A DNA stretch of 63,594 nucleotides, counting the filler, from Octopus bimaculoides (lineage: Eukaryota): NCBI RefSeq assembly GCF_001194135.2. It is 4 parts of 3 records of this genome, joined end to end, with 100 filler letters (N's around TTAATTAATTAA, not from the genome) between each part and the next. Parts side by side here need not be neighbours in the genome. Positions count along the whole stretch, not along the records: positions 38,140 to 55,804 come from NC_069008.1; 3 more parts are not named here. One strand, 5' to 3'. Below, piece after piece: positions 41,601-51,875 of the stretch. The notes under the pieces were generated by a model. The model was given only the letters and a program-made list of their open reading frames with translations. It was not told the DNA's origin and did no database searches. Position 1 is the first letter of the stretch, and each line of letters starts with the position of its first letter. Made by a program: the position numbers and the translations under genes.

Positions 41601-43943
41601 TCTTAGTCATTACACTCTAGACGTGCTCCCGCATCACTGTCACAATATTTTGTTAAGGCACCAACCTGGCAGAATCGTTTGCACGCCGGGCAAAATGCTT
41701 AGCGGTATTTCATCTGTCTTTATGTTCTGAGTTCAAATCCCACCGAGGTCGACTTTGCCTTTCATCCTTTCAATTTTTTCCAGTTGGATTTTCAACCTTA
41801 TTGCAAGCACCACCGAATTCTTCTTCCCAACTTTTTCGGATTCTAAACTTTGAGACAAAGAAAACCCTAACCCTAACCTCGGAAATGGCCGGGGTGGCAC
41901 TTATGACACTCTGTTACTAAACCCTTCTATTTATTTATCTATTTATCCAGATATCCAGATATGGCATTCCTACAGAGAATCAAGAAGGACAATGTTGTCA
42001 GCTGATGACCTGTGGTGGGGATTTGTAAGTTCTCAATTTATTGATGTTGTGGTTTATTATATTGTTATTATATACTGTTATTATATAACTCTAGATCAAA
42101 ATAGGGTCCATACGGCCCTTTGGCTCCATTCGGCCCTTTTGCTCCATACGGTCCTTTTGCTCCATACGGCCCTTTGGCTCCATACGGCCCTTCGGCTCCA
42201 TACAAGATTTTTCTGATTAAAATTTATGTACAATAATTTGCTTATTCTTCTCAAATACACAAAATATTTTAACAATCTTTTCTTATACATCATCATCATC
42301 AACATCATCCTTTAACGTCCGCTTTCCATGCTGGCATGGGTTGGACAGCTTGACAGGAGTTGGCAAGGTCAGGGATTGCATCAGACTGTTTTGGTATGCC
42401 TTCTACAGCTGGATGCCCTTCCTAATGCCAACCACTCCACAGAGTGTACTGGGTGTTTTTAATGTGGCACCTGCACCAGTGCTTTTCATGTGGCACCATT
42501 ACCAGTGCTTTTTATGTGGTACCATCACTAATACTTTTCATGTGGCACCATCACCAATGCTTTTCATGTGGCACCCTCACCAGTGCTTTTCCCATAACCC
42601 AGCACCAATGCTTTCAATTTCTAATAATATTTAAATATAAAAAACATAGGATTTTTTAAACATCAAAACATCAAAACATCAAATGGGTCATTCTGAATGA
42701 AATAGTAATCAAAGGGGCCCAAAGACAAAAAATAGTTGGGGACCCCTAATTTCAGATGATAAATTCTTCAATTCAACATTCTCCATTATTTCCCTTCATA
42801 CAGTTTTTTTCTTGTTGTTGTCACAAAACCATTTCTTTCTTTTCTGTTGTTTTTTTTTTTTGCAGTCAGGTATTTTTCTGGGACATTCGAAACCCCAAAA
42901 CGCAGAGTTATGATTCCGAAAAAGGGGCAGAAGTTCTGCGCGACAGAAATAAAGTTGGTCTTCCAGACACATTCCAGTACCTGGATCTCACCTGGAAACC
43001 TTTAATGAGGGTACATTTACCTTTTATATATTTTTTTTTTTCACTTGTTTCAGTTATTAGACTGTGGACATGCTGGAGCACTACCACCAAGGATTTTTTG
43101 GGGAAATGACTTGACGCCCAATAAACTTATTTGGTTTTTTTAAAACCTGGTGCTTATTTTGTTGATGTCGTTTCCCAAACTGCTAAGTTGCTGACATGTA
43201 AACACACCTCCACCAATTGTCAAGCAGTGGCAAGTGACAAACACTCACACACACACACACACACATAACAGGCTTCTTTCAGTTTCCATCACAAGGCTTT
43301 GGTTGGCAGGGGCCATACTACAAGACACTTGCCCCAGATGCCACACAGTGGGAGTGAACCTGGAACTGTGTGGTTGGGAACCAAACTTTTGTCACACAGC
43401 CACACCTGCACCTTACATATATATATATACATACATATATATGTATGACTTCTAACTCTACAAGTTTTCTTATTATCTCTCTGATAAAGAGTGTAGGCTC
43501 GAAACATAAAAGACTTTCTCACCTTCCCAAGCATCAAACTAATACACCTGCTAAAAAAGAAAACATGCCAAGAGAGATAGTGGAGCTTGGTGCAGTCCTC
43601 TGGCTTACCAGCTCCTTGTCAAACCGTCCGATCCATGCCAGCATGGAAAATGGATGTTAAATGATGATGGTAATGATGATGATGATGATGGCATAGCTAA
43701 TTTAGGTTTTATAAGATTAAACATTGAAATTTGCAGGTGCAAGTAATCAAACCAGACTCCAACAAGGACTGTGCCATCATGAAATTCAGCATCGCCGAAC
43801 GACAAGGGGACAGGTCATGTGAGTAGTCTTTCTCTCCTTCCCTCTCTCTCACTCTTTCTTCCTCTCTGTCTGTCTCTCTTCCTTTCTCTCCCCCTCTCTC
43901 TTTCTGTCTGTCTATCTTCATCTCTCTCTCTCTCCCTCTCTTT

Positions 43944-43986
<43 letters not shown>

Positions 43987-46900
43987 GTGCACACACACAA
44001 ACACACACACACACACATATGTACAAGGGGCTTCTTTCAGTTTCTGTCTACCAAATCCACTCACAAGACTTTGGTCGCCCCGAGGCTATAGTCGAAGACA
44101 CTTGCCCAAGGTGCCACGCAGTGGGACTGAACCCGGAACCATGTGGTTGGGAAGCAAACTTCTTACCACACAGCTACACCTATGTGTATATAATATATAT
44201 AGATATATATATATGTATGTATGTATGTCATTGTATGTATGTATGTACATATGTATGGATGCATGTGTGTGTGTGTGTATATGTATGCATGTATGTGTGT
44301 ATGTATGACCATCAAATGGTTTAATCCTGTATTATAGATAAAATGAATTTTCTTTTATATTGCGACGCAGCAAAGAAATCTGATGAAGACATGAAAAGAA
44401 GTGATGAAGGAGCCTTTAAGAGTAATCTTATCGCCAAAGACAAAAAAGTTCTTAATGCAGTCAACACAAACTTCTACATCGGAACGGAGGTGAGAGTCTT
44501 GCTGCAGCTTCCTATGTTTATCTTTTATCTTTCTTTTCATCTCTTCTCATGCTTGCCTCCCCATCACTTATAATTAGCAGGAACTCAGTCGACTACGACG
44601 ATGAGGGTTCCGGTTGATCCGATCAATGCAAGTGGCCGAGTACTCCACAGACATGCATACCCTTAACATAGTTCTCAAGGCATTCCATCGGTTATGACGA
44701 TGGGGGTTCCAGCTGATCCAATCAATGGAACAACCTGCTCGTGAAATTAACATCCAAGTGGCTGAGTAAACCACAGACACACCACGTAGTCTTAACATAG
44801 CTCTTAGGGTGATTCAGCATTTCGGCTGATATACCCTCCAGCCTTCATCAGGTGTCCTGGGGAAATTTCGAACCTGGGTTAAAGAGTGCGGGCTACTAAC
44901 CCCAAGATTCATAGTTCGATTCCAGGCAGTGACCTGATTGTCAACGCCGCCAACGACGACGAAAAATACCTTAGGAATGAGAACACAGGTTCAAAATTTC
45001 CCCAAGACACCTGATGAAGGCTGGAGGGTATATCAACCGAAACGTTGTGTTAACAACAAACCAGATGAGGATAAATATCCGTCAAATGTAAATAATGTAC
45101 ATAATTTCTCATCTCTTAAATATAGAACTGAAGAAATTAATCGCACATTAATTTGGAAATGTTTCCTGTCTTTCAGTTTGGAGAATTGTTCTACCTGGAT
45201 TGGGTTCCACGAAGAGACACTGATTCTGGAAGGCTGCAGAGTGAGTAGGATTTGGCCCTTTGGTTTTCGGCCTTTTTGTTTTTGATTGCGTGACTGGGTG
45301 GTTAAAAAGTTTGCTTGATAGTTATGCGGTTCCAGGTTCAGTCCCACTGGGAAATTGTCTTTTACTATTGACCCAGAGCTGCCCAGTGGTTCGCGAGTGG
45401 ATTTGGTTAACAGGAATTGCATGAAAGCCTATCATCTATGTGTACTTATTCCATCGGTCTCTTTTGCCCAACCACTAAGTTACGGAGACGTAAACACATA
45501 ATCATCAGATGTCAAGCGATGATGGGAGGACAAATACAGACACACAAACATACATATACACATATATATATACAACAGTGTCCGTCAACCAAATCCACTC
45601 ACAAAGCTTTGGTCAGCCTGAGGCTATAGTAGATGACACTTGCCCGAGGTGCCATGCAGTAGGACTGAACCCAGAATCATGTGGTTGGTAAACAAGCTAT
45701 TTACCACACAGCCACTCCTATGCCTATATATGTATATGTGAGAACAATTAATTCAAGTAGAAAATTTAGAACTTTCTTGGGGGTGTCCAAAAAGTTAGAT
45801 TTCTAATAAAGATTCTTCATATCAAAGTAGTAACTTGCTAACGCCAACCACTCCGAGAGTGTAGTGGGTGCTTTTATGTGCCACCGGCATGAGGGTCAGT
45901 CTGGTGGTACTGGCAATGGCCATGTTCAAATGGTGTTTTTTATGTGCCACCTGCACAGGAGCCAGTCCAGAACTTTAATTCAGAACTTATGAAAATAAGA
46001 CACTTGTACTACAGAGCTAGAGGCGGTTTCAGCCAGGTTGGTATCGAAAGGGTTAAAGTCTTACCGATTCCGCACAGAAGAGTTGATAAGTAAATAATTC
46101 AAATGGTTTCGTTTCAGCTGAGAAACCCAAATTCTGCAGTGAAATGCACACTGGACCAGTTTGCGCTCTGAAGAGGTCATACTTCAACAAACACATCATC
46201 CTCATGGTTGGAGGCTGGAGGTCATCGTTATGGAAAGAAGGGGTACATGTAAGTAGGGTCCAAAACAAATTTCAAAGATGATGTTGTTGTTATTATTATT
46301 ATTATTATTATTATTCAGTAGTTTTATTTTTATAACGTACTTTCACTTCACTACCGAGCGCAGCTCTGTGCGCCTTGGGTATGTGCTGTGGTTTGCTGTG
46401 GTGCTCTTATGTTTACTGTATTGAAAGTGTTTTGCGTAGAATGTGTGCAGTACCCAGTAGTGCAATTTTCTGTATGTTATATATATTTGTAAGTCCTGGT
46501 GTTTTTGTTATGTATTTGTCTGAATATTTTTTTATTATACCTAAGGCACCTACTATGATAGGAATTGTTTCTGTTTTTAGATTCCACATTCGAGTTATCN
46601 NNNNNNNNNNNNNNNNNNNNNNNNNNNNNNNNNNNNNNNNNNNNNNNNNNNNNNNNNNNNNNNNNNNNNNNNNNNNNNNNNNNNNNNNNNNNNNNNNNNN
46701 NNNNNNNNNNNNNNNNNNNNNNNNNNNNNNNNNNNNNNNNNNNNNNNNNNNNNNNNNNNNNNNNNNNNNNNNNNNNNNNNNNNNNNNNNNNNNNNNNNNN
46801 NNNNNNNNNNNNNNNNNNNNNNNNNNNNNNNNNNNNNNNNNNNNNNNNNNNNNNNNNNNNNNNNNNNNNNNNNNNNNNNNNNNNNNNNNNNNNNNNNNNN

Positions 46901-48428
46901 NNNNNNNNNNNNNNNNNNNNNNNNNNNNNNNNNNNNNNNNNNNNNNNNNNNNNNNNNNNNNNNNNNNNNNNNNNNNNNNNNNNNNNNNNNNNNNNNNNNN
47001 NNNNNNNNNNNNNNNNNNNNNNNNNNNNNNNNNNNNNNNNNNNNNNNNNNNNNNNNNNNNNNNNNNNNNNNNNNNNNNNNNNNNNNNNNNNNNNNNNNNN
47101 NNNNNNNNNNNNNNNCCAGTATTTACCATGTAGGGGCTTTTCTTGCCATCGTTTTATCATGGTCCGTTGCTGTTCTAGTTTTAGTTTGGATTTCATTTGT
47201 TTTATAGCTTTTGTTGTTTCTTCTTCTTCTTCTTCGTATTTGTTAGGTAGATTGATTTCTTGTTTGTATTTGTCAGCTTCCTTAAATACTGAAAACAGTT
47301 TTTTGTTTTGCTCGTGTTTTGTGGCTATTTGTATTAGTTTCCCTTGCTTCTGGAGTAGGTATTATTATCATTTTCATTTATTGTCTTCGCACAGCTTCTA
47401 ACGCTGGAGATGTACCACGGTGCCAGCCTTTCATCCTTTCAGAGTTGATAAATTAAGTACCAGTTGCATACTGGGGTCGATGTAATATCAACTTAACTCC
47501 TCCTCCCCACAAATTCCAGGTCTTGTGCCTATAACAGAAAGGATCATCATCATCATCATAATCATCATCATCATCATTATCGTCGTCGTCGTCGTCATCA
47601 TCAGCATTACCATCATCACCACCAACATCATTGTCATCATCATCATCACCGTCTCCATCATCGTCATCTTCGTCATCATAATTTATAATGACCAAACTCA
47701 TCATCATTATCATCATAATCATCATCAACACCATCATCTTCCCCATCGTCATCCCCACGTCGTCACCACCACCACCACCACCACCATCACAACCACCACC
47801 ACCACCACAAGCATCACCACTGCCGCTACTACCACCATCACTTCCACCTCAACCACAAGCACAGCCACAACCACCACCACCACCACNNNNNNNNNNNNNN
47901 NNNNNNNNNNNNNNNNNNNNNNNNNNNNNNNNNNNNNNNNNNNNNNNNNNNNNNNNNNNNNNNNNNNNNNNNNNNNNNNNNNNNNNNNNNNNNNNNNNNN
48001 NNNNNNNNNNNNNNNNNNNNNNNNNNNNNNNNNNNNNNNNNNNNNNNNNNNNNNNNNNNNNNNNNNNNNNNNNNNNNNNNNNNNNNNNNNNNNNNNNNNN
48101 NNNNNNNNNNNNNNNNNNNNNNNNNNNNNNNNNNNNNNNNNNNNNNNNNNNNNNNNNNNNNNNNNNNNNNNNNNNNNNNNNNNNNNNNNNNNNNNNNNNN
48201 NNNNNNNNNNNNNNNNNNNNNNNNNNNNNNNNNNNNNNNNNNNNNNNNNNNNNNNNNNNNNNNNNNNNNNNNNNNNNNNNNNNNNNNNNNNNNNNNNNNN
48301 NNNNNNNNNNNNNNNNCTATGAATTCTCAGGTAAGTTTCCCTCGTCATTGTTTTGGCCAAGATCTTCCCCGATGGCTTTCATTCTCTTCTTCTTTTATTT
48401 GTTTATATATATATATATATATATATTT

Positions 48429-48464
<36 letters not shown>

Positions 48465-51400
48465 ATAAATAAATATATAGATATATAGATATATAGGTGC
48501 AGGAGTGGCTGTGTGGTAAGTAGCTTGCTTACCAACCACATGGTTCCGGGTTCAGTCCCACTGCATAGCACCTTGGGCAAGTGTCTTCTACTATAGCCTT
48601 GAGCCAACCAAAGCCTTGGTAGACAGAAACTGAAAGAAGTGACCTACAAAGAAGTGACCTACAAAGAAGTGACCTACAAAGAAGTGACCTACAAAGAAGT
48701 GACCTAGAAAGTGACCTACAAAAAGGTGACTTACAAAAAAGTGACCTACAAAGAAGTGACCTAGAAAGTGCCATACAAAGAAGTGACCTAGAAAGTGACC
48801 TACAAAGAAGTGACCCAGAAAGTGACATACAGAGGCACAAGTCCAAGCAAGGTTGTTTATGGAAGATCAGCAGTCATCCATGCATACCAACCTTTTCTCT
48901 CCATGCCACCGATATTATCCAAGGGAAAGGCAAAGGGGTCAATACAGCTTGGCACCAGTGATGTTGCAACTCGGAAAAAACTCGGAAATACGTAAAAAAT
49001 AAAGTGTCTTGCTCAAGAACACAACACACACCCCGGTCTTGGAATTGAACCCACTATCGCATGATTGTGAGTTCAACGCTCTAACCACGGAGCCATGTGC
49101 CCTCACCTGTTTTTATGTATGTGTGTGATTATGTGTTTGTTTCACTCTCCTTGTCTTTACGTCACATGGTCGTGATAGATGAAAGTCGTCCATCTCCAAT
49201 CTTCTGCAAAAACATGTCTGGCCACAGGGAAATCTTACGTTGCTTGGAAACAGGTGAAGGTTGATGACAGCAAGGGCTTCCAGTTACAGAAAATGTACCT
49301 CAATAAACTTCTCCCAACCCATGGAAGCATGGGAAAAGGAATATTAAAACAACGACAATGATGATGATGATGATGATGATGATAAGATTTAAAGATTTAA
49401 ATGAGATTTGGCTGCTATTTCTAGCATGTTGGATAACCATATAGAGGTTTCCTTGTTTATGTTGTTGTTGTTTTTATATTTTTCAGCTAAACGCCAACTG
49501 TTGGCTGTGGGCGACACCTCGGGGACCTTGCATGTCTTAGAAGTGCCACGCTGTTTTATGGTTGGTCCACACAATGAGGTGAGTCACATGACAGTATCGT
49601 CTCTATTAACTTGTCTATCGAACTCTCTGGCATTCAGATTGGTCTGTCAAATCTAATGCTTATTTATTGACATTGTTTTGAATAAACCCTGACATTATCT
49701 CATAGCTTTGAGATTTCAATGATTTGATTGTTTTATTTTTAAAAGAACATTGTAGGGTAGGTGTAAGAGGCCAGATCTGGTCAGTTTGAACACAACAAGT
49801 AGAATATTTCATCTAGGTATGACTGGTTTATATGCTAAAGGGGTTAAAGAGAGCCGGGAGTTTGTTGAGGGAAGATTTGGCTGTTACATTCTGTAAGGTC
49901 AAGTGACTACATAGAAGCTCCTTCACTGGTCCCTGTGATCCCTATTTTAGCCCTTTAACATTTAGATTATGCTGTCAAATGTAATGATTATTTATTCACA
50001 TTGTTTTGAATTAATCCTGGATTATCTCATAGCTTTGAGACTTCAATGATGGGATTGTTTATTTTTAGAATGACACCCAATTCCACACCCAGTGCCACAC
50101 CCAATTCCACCAAATTTCAAGCAGGGGGGTACAACAAAAGTTTTCTATTAAGATCTGTAATTGAATTAGTGAGTGAGGCTAATGTTTAAGAGGAATTTGC
50201 CCTTTTCGATGGGGTGTGCAGCGTACATCTCGCAAACTCAGAATATATATGTCCCTGGTCGATATTAGTGAATGGCTTACTGTTGTAACTGTGTTTGTTC
50301 TTCTCCAGCTGAATTCGTTTAATCATTACATTGAGCGAGAGGTGAAGAGGTTGGCATACATCAACGAAAGATGGAACATTCATGAGAATGAAAGGTATCG
50401 ACAGAAACCTACCAGAAAACCTACCGTAAGTGTGTTTCGTTTATTTTATTTAGTATTCTTCCATTCAATTAAGCAATTAACTGACCAAATTTTTTTCACA
50501 TTCTCTCTAAAGTTTGCCTGTTCATGTGGCATGAATCAGTGCTTCTCAAACTATCTGATGTGGCGTAACGGCAGTTTCCTCCCCGCTCCCCCAATGTGCC
50601 AGGGACCAGTAATATTTCTTATTAATATTCATTTATACCAGAAACAATATATATAAAGTGATGGTTTGTTGCCAACTTAATGTGGCAGTCCCAGGAAAGG
50701 GAAGAATGTTACTGCTATTTAGCCCTAGGAAACACCATTTCTAGTTGGTTATGTGACACAAGTATTCTGTGTCCTTAAGCGTGTCATATAGCCAACTAGA
50801 AACGGTGTTTCCTGGGGCTAAATAGCAGTAGTATTCTTCCCTTTCATGGGACTGCCACATTAAGTTGGCAACACACCATCACTTTATCGTGCTGCTACTG
50901 CATAACTCTCTCTGAGAGATTTAGAAATGCAATATTTCTAATATATATAATGGATATAATAAAAGTTGATAAATTTTTTATCTTATATTTATTTTGTAAA
51001 CGCACAATATTAAATAAGCATTTTATAATGTTTCTTTCCTCTCTGGAAACTTGCCACATACCGGCAGCTGATGGCTCGCAGCTTGGCGCCGGTCTGTAGA
51101 CCACCACTTAGAGTAGCACTGGCATAAAAAACATACGATTCTCGCTGGTGAGAGCAAAATTTCTGAATTCATCGTCATCATCATCATCATCGTCAGCACT
51201 TAATATCTGCTTTCCATGCTGGCATGGGTTGGACAGTTTGACTGGAACTGGTAAGCCAGAGAGCTGCACCCGGTTCCAGTCTGATTTGACATGGTTTGTA
51301 CAGCTGATTGCCCTTCCTAATGGCAACCACTCCAAGACTGTAATGGGTGCTTTTTACATGCTACCAACATGGATGTCATTTGCGTGACACTGGCAACGGC

Positions 51401-51875
51401 CACGACTATGATTTCATTTGGCTTAACAAGTCTTCTCAAACATATTATATTGCCAAAGGTCTCATTTGTCATCACCTCCTTTAGGCCCAACATTTGGAGA
51501 TCATGTTTCTCCACCTCATCCCATGTCTTCCTGGGTCTACCTCTTCCACAGGTTCCCTCCACGGTTAGAGATCAACACTTCTTTACACAGGTGCCCTCAT
51601 CCATATGCGTCACATGACCATAATTGGATGGAGAAATTCAAACGATTTCTTTAGTTCTTGTTGTGCATTTGCAGAGTCTCCAGCCAATGTTGTTAATTGA
51701 AGAGGAGTACCTAACAAAGAATGCTGCCCTCTACAAGGCTTATCTCACCAAAGAAACTGCTGTACTGCAGAAGATGGGACTAGCAAAAGACCAGGAGATG
51801 CAAGAGCAGCAGCAGCAACAACAGCAGCACCAGCAGGAACATCAGGAGGAGGAAACAGAAGCAACCAACGAATGA
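38422..51875 (+). CDS. WDR63: WD repeat-containing protein 63 / dynein axonemal intermediate chain 3 (WDR63/DNAI3), multi-exon gene, 3' half only
   Basis: The spliced exons give EYQSFCDLQYSKEKAGVYMQWHPTIRGVIAISMAE...PSLILIWSFTDPIHPQLMLEAPEDVFCFQFSPSDPNIIAGGCFNGQVVLWDIT..., matching recalled vertebrate WDR63 (EYQSFTDL...WHPT...PSLILFWSFSDPIHPQLMLESPDDIFCFKFCPSDPNIIAGGCINGQIVMWDIT). All introns are GT-AG and phases are consistent across every junction except the one with the gap-hidden exon. Confidence 0.93.
38895..39019 (+). CDS. WDR63: WDR63 exon (GVIAISMAENIGLDERINQEYRILLKPSLILIWSFTDPIHPQ)
   Basis: ttttattttgcag| and |gtcagt; 125 nt, phase 1 to 0; carries the conserved SFxDPIHPQ motif. Confidence 0.95.
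39456..39626 (+). CDS. WDR63: WDR63 exon (LMLEAPEDVFCFQFSPSDPNIIAGGCFNGQVVLWDITEHVNRLKQPRPGQKKRNVYL)
   Basis: tttttctcag| and |gttagt; 171 nt, phase 0 to 0; a WD40 repeat ending in LWD. Confidence 0.95.
39818..40059. mobile_element. piggyBac-like MITE
   Basis: ttaa|ccctttgac ... gtaaagggg|ttaa. Confidence 0.65.
41380..41502 (+). CDS. WDR63: WDR63 exon (PGFEDSSYFQTPVLRNCATSSIEHSHTGCVTDLQWLPDHFE)
   Basis: A long T-tract then ...ccaaag|; donor |gtaagt; 123 nt. SSIEHSH..VTDLQWL resembles recalled SSIENGH..ITDIHWL. Confidence 0.9.
41951..42024 (+). CDS. WDR63: WDR63 exon (ISRYGIPTENQEGQCCQLMTCGGD/F)
   Basis: atttatccag| and |gtaagt; 74 nt, phase 0 to 2. CCQLMTC resembles recalled CCQLVTC. Confidence 0.9.
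42107..42202. repeat. 18-bp minisatellite (ccatacggccctttggct), about 5 units
   Basis: Directly visible tandem units. Confidence 0.9.
42866..43010 (+). CDS. WDR63: WDR63 exon (F/QVFFWDIRNPKTQSYDSEKGAEVLRDRNKVGLPDTFQYLDLTWKPLMR)
   Basis: ttttttgcag| and |gtacat; 145 nt, phase 2 to 0; FWDIR and LDLxWKPL motifs. Confidence 0.9.
43737..43818 (+). CDS. WDR63: WDR63 exon (VQVIKPDSNKDCAIMKFSIAERQGDRS)
   Basis: atttgcag| and |gtgagt; 82 nt, phase 0 to 1; fits the phase of both neighbouring exons. Confidence 0.85.
44371..44489 (+). CDS. WDR63: WDR63 exon (S/KKSDEDMKRSDEGAFKSNLIAKDKKVLNAVNTNFYIGTE)
   Basis: tcttttatattgcgacgcag| and |gtgaga; 119 nt, phase 1 to 0. TNFYIGTE resembles recalled TKFFVGTE. 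Confidence 0.88.
44820..45130 (+). mobile_element. Composite non-autonomous element: inverted arm, tRNA-like head and PLE-type tail with a hammerhead ribozyme
   Basis: 61-nt inverted repeat 44820-44880 / 44982-45042 (57/61 identical); B-box GTTCGATTCC at 44914-44923; hammerhead core at 45011-45046. Confidence 0.7.
45006..45051 (+). ncRNA. Minimal type I hammerhead ribozyme motif (PLE type)
   Basis: gacac-CTGATGA-a-GGCTG(gagggtatat)CAACC-GAAA-C-GTT-gtgtt. Stem I is gacac/gtgtt, stem II is GGCTG/CAACC (1 mismatch; perfect CAGCC in the inverted copy), and the predicted cleavage triplet is GUU. Activity is not shown. Confidence 0.7.
45177..45240 (+). CDS. WDR63: WDR63 exon (FGELFYLDWVPRRDTDSGRLQ/T)
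   Basis: cctgtctttcag| and |gtgagt; 64 nt, phase 0 to 1. GE..Y.DW....D..SGRL resembles recalled GEVIYTDW...DPETGRL. Confidence 0.92.
46118..46248 (+). CDS. WDR63: WDR63 exon (T/EKPKFCSEMHTGPVCALKRSYFNKHIILMVGGWRSSLWKEGVH)
   Basis: ttcgtttcag| and |gtaagt; 131 nt, phase 1 to 0; H.G.V....RS.F...IIL.VGGW...WKEGV motif. Confidence 0.93.
46315..47397 (-). mobile_element. R4/Dong-like LINE, longer copy 4 (gap in the middle), in a WDR63 intron
   Basis: The 3' end matches the other copies. Beyond the gap, 47116-47397 reads ...KSKLKLEQQRTMIKRWQEKPLHGKYW, the K.W..K.LHG.Y motif that precedes the zinc knuckle in REL LINEs. Confidence 0.8.
48317..48330 (+). CDS. WDR63: 3' tip of a WDR63 exon mostly hidden in the 47887-48316 N gap (..YEFS/A)
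   Basis: The first bases after the gap are c TAT GAA TTC TCA G|gtaagt. This strong donor is in phase 1 and joins the next exon (G+CT = Ala-KRQLL). Confidence 0.7.
48633..48830. repeat. 15-bp minisatellite (aaagaagtgacctac) with variant shorter units
   Basis: About 13 tandem units, starting at the ctgaaagaag of a truncated family-B SINE. Confidence 0.9.
49487..49578 (+). CDS. WDR63: WDR63 exon (A/KRQLLAVGDTSGTLHVLEVPRCFMVGPHNE)
   Basis: tttatatttttcag| and |gtgagt; 92 nt. D..GTLH.LE.P....NE resembles recalled DYYGTLHILEIP...NE. Confidence 0.93.
50309..50425 (+). CDS. WDR63: WDR63 exon (LNSFNHYIEREVKRLAYINERWNIHENERYRQKPTRKPT)
   Basis: tgttcttctccag| and |gtaagt; 117 nt. NHYxEREVK motif. Confidence 0.93.
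50653..50887. repeat. Long inverted repeat / foldback MITE-like element
   Basis: Arms of about 108 nt (50653-50760 and 50781-50887) are ~90% complementary with a ~20-nt spacer. Confidence 0.85.
51190..51621 (-). mobile_element. RTE-clade LINE 3' end in the last WDR63 intron
   Basis: YGHVTHMDEGTCVKK..MEGTCGRGRPRKTWDEVEKHDLQMLGL, same family as the 35-38 kb copy, with a (GAT)n-type tail. Confidence 0.85.
51675..51875 (+). CDS. WDR63: WDR63 terminal coding exon with Gln/Glu-rich tail
   Basis: gtgcatttgcag|AGT..., in frame to TGA at 51873-51875. YL..E..VL..MGL resembles recalled YLELEKTVLINLGL. An in-frame alternative acceptor at 51683 is possible. Confidence 0.85.
   Translation, partial: SLQPMLLIEEEYLTKNAALYKAYLTKETAVLQKMGLAKDQEMQEQQQQQQQHQQEHQEEETEATNE

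Noticed and set aside
41864-41879. aaccctaaccctaacc telomere-like motif
   Set aside because: Only about 2.5 units; too short to call an interstitial telomeric repeat.
41951-41958. Alternative acceptors 8 nt (41958) and 4 nt (42869) downstream of the chosen ones
   Set aside because: Both would shift the frame; only the upstream AGs keep the phase.
44876-44935. Possible tRNA gene with anticodon ACT
   Set aside because: The 5' acceptor and D-arm are missing and the anticodon stem pairs poorly. Treated as a SINE-type tRNA-derived head, not a functional tRNA.
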